From positions 1 through 59,414 of IMG/VR virus record IMGVR_UViG_3300025009_000114: a DNA stretch of 59,414 nt; one strand, given 5' to 3'. Position 1 is the first letter of the stretch. Every line of letters begins with the position of its first letter. The notes below the pieces were generated by a model. It ran no database searches, was not told where the DNA came from, and worked only from the letters and a program-made list of their open reading frames with translations. The translations under genes and the position numbers were made by a program. Source of the DNA: a virus. Lineage: Duplodnaviria; Caudoviricetes. Below, piece by piece: positions 55,347-59,414 of the stretch.

Positions 55347-55829
55347 TTATACGTTATAGTTTAGTAACTTCCTCTCTAACCTTCGGCTTCTTAAGTGTGG
55401 TTCATCTCTATTAGAGTTCCAAAGAACAAAATCTCTATGCCACTTAGAGTCGATTAGTTCCCTAGCAGCTTCTTTTATCCTGCCTTTTGACATATATAAG
55501 ATAAACTTCTTGAACTTCTGTAGCCTAGTTAGTCCTAAGTTGAATACTAATTCTATTAGCACCTCTTTCTCTGTGTCTGTAGGCTTATAAGGCCACTCAA
55601 AAATTAACCAATCAGTATCTTGAGTTGCAATAGAGAGGTCATTAGCTAGTTGCTTAGTCCAGTACTCTCTCTTTTCCTTCTTAGACCACTTAGGGTTGAA
55701 GAAAGACCAGTCTTTAGGCAGCATCATGTGACCATAACCACCTGTCCAGATACCTTTAGTATCCTTATAGGGGTCTGATCGGTATCCTTCAGAAGCTATT
55801 ATGTCGTCTATTAGACTCATCTTTAGCAC
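55347..55829 (-). CDS. Lysozyme (GH24 / T4-like endolysin)
   Basis: SEGYRSDPYKDTKGIWTGGYGH; FNLG; DSKW. Confidence 0.88.
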   Translation of the reverse strand: MLKMSLIDDIIASEGYRSDPYKDTKGIWTGGYGHMMLPKDWSFFNPKWSKKEKREYWTKQLANDLSIATQDTDWLIFEWPYKPTDTEKEVLIELVFNLGLTRLQKFKKFILYMSKGRIKEAARELIDSKWHRDFVLWNSNRDEPHLRSRRLERKLLNYNV

Positions 55830-55879
55830 CTATATCGGTATAATCACGCAAGTGATTTTGAGCGAACGTTAGTGAGCGA

Positions 55880-57295
55880 TTAGACCCACATGAACCTTGC
55901 AGTTTTAATAGGACGCTTAGTGAAATGTCTGGATTTCCCTTCGTAGACAGCATCTGCAAATGTCAACGAGAGTGAATCAGCGATATCAGGTGACTCGTAG
56001 CCTAGTTTTTTTAGATCCTTTTTGGCTAGGAGCTGGATCTGCATTTTGTTCGTATAGAAGAACTCCATGCTGGTCAACTGAGCTGATAAATTAGACTCTC
56101 TGTCTCTACTATAAGTGGGTAAACTTGCACCATTCCCTAACCAATCTCTCATTTTACCCCATAATTGGGAGCGTAAATTAGCGTATACATTAGGCTCTGT
56201 GCTTTTATTAGATACAATAACCTCTGCAACTGGTAGCTTTAAGTCTTTGCACCTGTCATATGTACCGGCACCTATACCAATAGAGTCAATAAAGATCTTA
56301 TTGAACTTGTAGATACCATTAAATTCAGCCACCTTAGAGGCCACTTCCATAGTATCTAGACCCTTAAAGCACCTATATTCCAGTACTTTTGGTCCCTGCC
56401 TGGCTAAGAGAATAGAAGAGTCGTTTCCGAACCTGGCCACATCTACGCCTCCGAGGACAGGAAAGTTACTATAAGCACTGGGGTGTAGTGGATTATTAAT
56501 AGCCGCTGTAACAACATCACCTGAAATAAACTGAGCGATACCTACTCGGGGAAAAAGACCCTGTACCCTCATTCGGTACAAGTCGTTATCCTCACCATAA
56601 GTTTCTTTCATCTCAGCTATCCACTGCGGATTAACATTCGGTGAATCAAACGCACTAAAGAACAACTTAGTCCAACCCGGAAGATCTCTAGAAAACACTT
56701 CAAAGAAGCGTCCCGAGCTACGCACTGGATTACTTACTAATATAAATCTACCACCAACACCAGTACTTAGTGTACCAAGCAAGATATCAAAAACTTCCTC
56801 TCCGATACCAGAGGCCTCGTCGCCAATCACACAATACGAGTAACTGTGGCCTCCTTGCAATGATTCTTTGTTCTCTACGCTTGCTGTTACTAGGTTTGCT
56901 ACGTGCAGGTATTTGCTCGTTCCTTTGTATTCTATCTTCTCTCTAGTTAAAACAAACAGATCTTGAAGTTGTTCTGGCATTCTTCTGTACATCTTAGTTA
57001 TCTCAGCGTACATAACACGCTGTAACTGAGAGAATGAAGGAGATGTCAGTAAAATCCTACAATCTGGAAGGATCATAAGATACAATAAAGTCATCATAGC
57101 TAGACAGCAAGTCTTCCCCGTTCCGGTTGCGGAACTAACAGCAACGCGAGCTGTAGGGTTATCTGCTGCTCTTACCAGTGACTTCTGTTGCTCTGTTAGA
57201 GATATATCAAAGATACTCTCTAAAGCCTCTACGTGATCTGCACTCCATACTTCAACTAGGTTGGAGAACTCTTCTTGAGTTAACTTCCTACTCAT
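55880..57295 (-). CDS. terL: Terminase large subunit
   Basis: Walker A SATGTGKT, Walker B VIGDEA, SNP, nuclease GVDVARFGND, SPDIAD. Confidence 0.93.
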   Translation of the reverse strand: MSRKLTQEEFSNLVEVWSADHVEALESIFDISLTEQQKSLVRAADNPTARVAVSSATGTGKTCCLAMMTLLYLMILPDCRILLTSPSFSQLQRVMYAEITKMYRRMPEQLQDLFVLTREKIEYKGTSKYLHVANLVTASVENKESLQGGHSYSYCVIGDEASGIGEEVFDILLGTLSTGVGGRFILVSNPVRSSGRFFEVFSRDLPGWTKLFFSAFDSPNVNPQWIAEMKETYGEDNDLYRMRVQGLFPRVGIAQFISGDVVTAAINNPLHPSAYSNFPVLGGVDVARFGNDSSILLARQGPKVLEYRCFKGLDTMEVASKVAEFNGIYKFNKIFIDSIGIGAGTYDRCKDLKLPVAEVIVSNKSTEPNVYANLRSQLWGKMRDWLGNGASLPTYSRDRESNLSAQLTSMEFFYTNKMQIQLLAKKDLKKLGYESPDIADSLSLTFADAVYEGKSRHFTKRPIKTARFMWV

Positions 57296-57938
57296 TGTAT
57301 TTCTCCAAGTAAGCTATTGCCTTTAAAAGGGTGTCTTTATCTTCCTTAACATAACCAAGAACTAAGTTACACTCATTACAGAGTAACCCCCTAATAGCAC
57401 ATGTCGTATGATTATGGTCAACAGCGTAGAATCGTTTACTATCTGGTTTCACTAAAGAGTCTCCACAAACCTCACAACATCCTTTTTGATTGTTCATCAT
57501 TTGCACCAACTCATCTTCTGTTAGTTGGTAATTGTGAAGTACATGATTCAATCTAGTCTTTGCCTTAGCACTTGGTGTTGCTTTATATTCTCTACTAACC
57601 TTCCGAACCTTCTCTCTGTTTCTATGTGTCCACTCTCTTTTTGCTTGTTGTCTTTTGTAGGAGTTGTCATACTCTCTAGTACACTCTTTGCATTGGGATG
57701 CAAATCTAGTTTTCTTTTTATTATTAAAGTAGAAAAACTCATTTGTAATTGGAAGCTCTTTATTACACTTAGTGCAAAACTTATGTCCTTCCTTTGGTAT
57801 CTTCACATCTGTTTTTATTGGGCATCTACAATTTCTACAAACCGAATCAACACCAAACTTACCTCTGCTTTTTCTATAAAAGTATTCAGTAGTTGCTGGA
57901 AACTCTTCTTTACATTTAGTACAAATCTTCGTATCCAT
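57288..57938 (-). CDS. Free-standing endonuclease VII-type HNH homing endonuclease with two zinc-ribbon repeats
   Basis: CTKC twice; CEVC...VDHNH...RGLLCNECNLVLG. Confidence 0.88.
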   Translation of the reverse strand: MDTKICTKCKEEFPATTEYFYRKSRGKFGVDSVCRNCRCPIKTDVKIPKEGHKFCTKCNKELPITNEFFYFNNKKKTRFASQCKECTREYDNSYKRQQAKREWTHRNREKVRKVSREYKATPSAKAKTRLNHVLHNYQLTEDELVQMMNNQKGCCEVCGDSLVKPDSKRFYAVDHNHTTCAIRGLLCNECNLVLGYVKEDKDTLLKAIAYLEKYNE

Positions 57939-57973
57939 TTAGTTCTCCCTTTAAACTCTCCCTTAAAAAGATA

Positions 57974-58035
57974 AGCTAAAGGAAAAGGATAAGGGAGTTC
58001 TCCTCTTGTCGAGTTGCAATCTCTATCCTTTAGCT
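57974..58035 (-). promoter_or_regulatory. Three-way-junction RNA structure upstream of the endonuclease
   Basis: 10-bp outer stem AGCUAAAGGA/UCCUUUAGCU enclosing two hairpins. Confidence 0.5.
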
Positions 58036-58041
58036 AACAAT

Positions 58042-58803
58042 CTAATTCAATTCCACAATCTCAGCTTTAGAGGCTCGTTTAAGGATGCGGTCCAAAGCGT
58101 CATCCGAGGAAATGTTATCAACAGTTATCTTCTCCTCGAATGCTCCGATAGACTTCCCAAGTAATTCGATACTCTTGAGAAGAGAAGCAGTGCTTCGAGA
58201 ATCTGAACTATTCCTTAGCTTCTCGACGAGGGCGAGGAGTTCGGCCTGAAGATGTGTCTTACCGTTCTCCATAGTTACAACTAATTTCTTTCTTATCTCA
58301 TTAAGATAAGCTGCCACATTGGGCTTACGTCTCAAATAAAAAGCCCTTAGCCTGACAGCTTCTTTATAAGTAACAGGGTCTCTTTTATTCAGACCCACAT
58401 GCAGTCCGGCTTCTTCCACTGCTTGTAACTCATCTCCGTTGTTCACAAATAGTTCACAGAAGATCATCTCTGCATCGGTTAGCACATAGCTATCAGGTTC
58501 TGATAGCGCATCAAGAAATGCTTGATTAATTCTAGAAGAGTCGATATGATCAGACTTTAGCTGAAGAAAGACATCAGGTCTTTTCTGAGTGGCTAATAGG
58601 GTCTTAGTCTCTCTGACATTCTGAAACTTCTTATAGGTCTCTTGCACAGTAGTCTCGACAGTCTTAACTGAAACCTGATACTTCTCAGCTATGTCATTGT
58701 TAGATAACTTACACTGCAAGTAGTCTTCGATTATCTTCCATCGCTTAGCTATATCTAGGCTCTGAGTTGTCTGACGGACTATTGGTTTTAAAGATGTAGT
58801 CAT
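58042..58803 (-). CDS. Probable terminase small subunit
   Basis: HTH-like N-terminus; LTDAEMIFCELFV...AVEEAG; LKSIELLGK.IGAF; position upstream of TerL. Confidence 0.7.
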   Translation of the reverse strand: MTTSLKPIVRQTTQSLDIAKRWKIIEDYLQCKLSNNDIAEKYQVSVKTVETTVQETYKKFQNVRETKTLLATQKRPDVFLQLKSDHIDSSRINQAFLDALSEPDSYVLTDAEMIFCELFVNNGDELQAVEEAGLHVGLNKRDPVTYKEAVRLRAFYLRRKPNVAAYLNEIRKKLVVTMENGKTHLQAELLALVEKLRNSSDSRSTASLLKSIELLGKSIGAFEEKITVDNISSDDALDRILKRASKAEIVELN

Positions 58804-59288
58804 GTAAGCTATTGGTATTATTATTTATCTTAATATTAGTAGAAAGAATGATTTTCTTTGGGTGGCTTCTGTGTATCTATATCCATCTATATATGACAAA
58901 TATGTGATTCTATTAGATATTCTAGGCTATTAGCCTGATAGTCTAATAGACTGGTAGTATACTAGTAGTATACTGATAGTATATCTATTAGTATATAAAA
59001 GATACTATTAGGTGCTATCAAGCAACTTACTGTGTTTACTAGGATTTTTAAGATACGATGGGACTCCTGATAGGGGGACTATTAGGTTCTGTAAGTATAT
59101 GATATGTGGCTGAAAGGGTACACCCCCGCCAGAACCTACCAGGGTGCTAGCAGCACCTGACAGGGGGTACGGGCAGGTGCTAAAAGGCATACCCCCGACA
59201 GGCTGAGAGGTGCTGAAAGGCTGTGAGGTGCTAAGAGACAGGCCATTTAGATAGCTGAAAGAAAAATCATTTAGCTGCTGATCCCCAA

Positions 59289-59414
59289 GCTAATAGCCTG
59301 ATAGCCTGATAGCCTGATAGCTACGGATAGGTACAGATAGCCTGATAGAATCCTGATAGCCTGATAGCTACAGATAGGTACGGATAGCCTGATAGGTACA
59401 GATAGGTACAGATA
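59289..59414 (+). repeat. Right copy of 126-bp direct terminal repeat
   Basis: Identical to 16-141. Confidence 0.9.

Noticed and set aside
57288-58041. Intron interrupting the terminase
   Set aside because: TerL appears complete from its own start and no group I core flanks the endonuclease; it is free-standing.
1-59414. tRNA genes, integrase, single-subunit RNA polymerase, reverse transcriptase/DGR
   Set aside because: No supporting motifs seen by eye; tRNAscan-SE and HMM searches would be needed to exclude them formally.

Overview
The window looks like an essentially complete ~59.4 kb lytic podovirus-like dsDNA phage genome; a 126-bp direct repeat joins the two ends. The + strand (~0.7-29.5 kb) carries early genes, an ATP-grasp/amidoligase/glutamine-amidotransferase module, a T7-type primase-helicase, a split family-A DNA polymerase, a sigma70-family factor, SSB, nucleases, an intein-containing metallophosphoesterase, dUTPase, a ThyX-like protein and a class II ribonucleotide reductase interrupted by a canonical group I intron. 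The - strand (~29.6-58.8 kb) carries terminases, lysozyme, portal, scaffold, capsid, tail and ejection proteins. The headline observation is the major capsid gene. It is split into three exons (145 nt, a 13-nt micro-exon, 793 nt) by two tandem group-I-like introns that share a stripped-down architecture: no P2, no P5, and P4 capped by GUAAAA. One intron is only 121 nt, ORF-less and also lacks P9; the other carries a LAGLIDADG ORF. Other notable signals are about 11 dissimilar small proteins sharing a C-terminal L-K-R-K-E motif (two sit inside the split polymerase), a pervasive CTRATAG/CTATYAG motif, dispersed ~100-bp palindromic repeats, and five disrupted accessory genes beside intact core genes. 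All functional calls come from motif recognition by eye; no database searches or folding programs were run.
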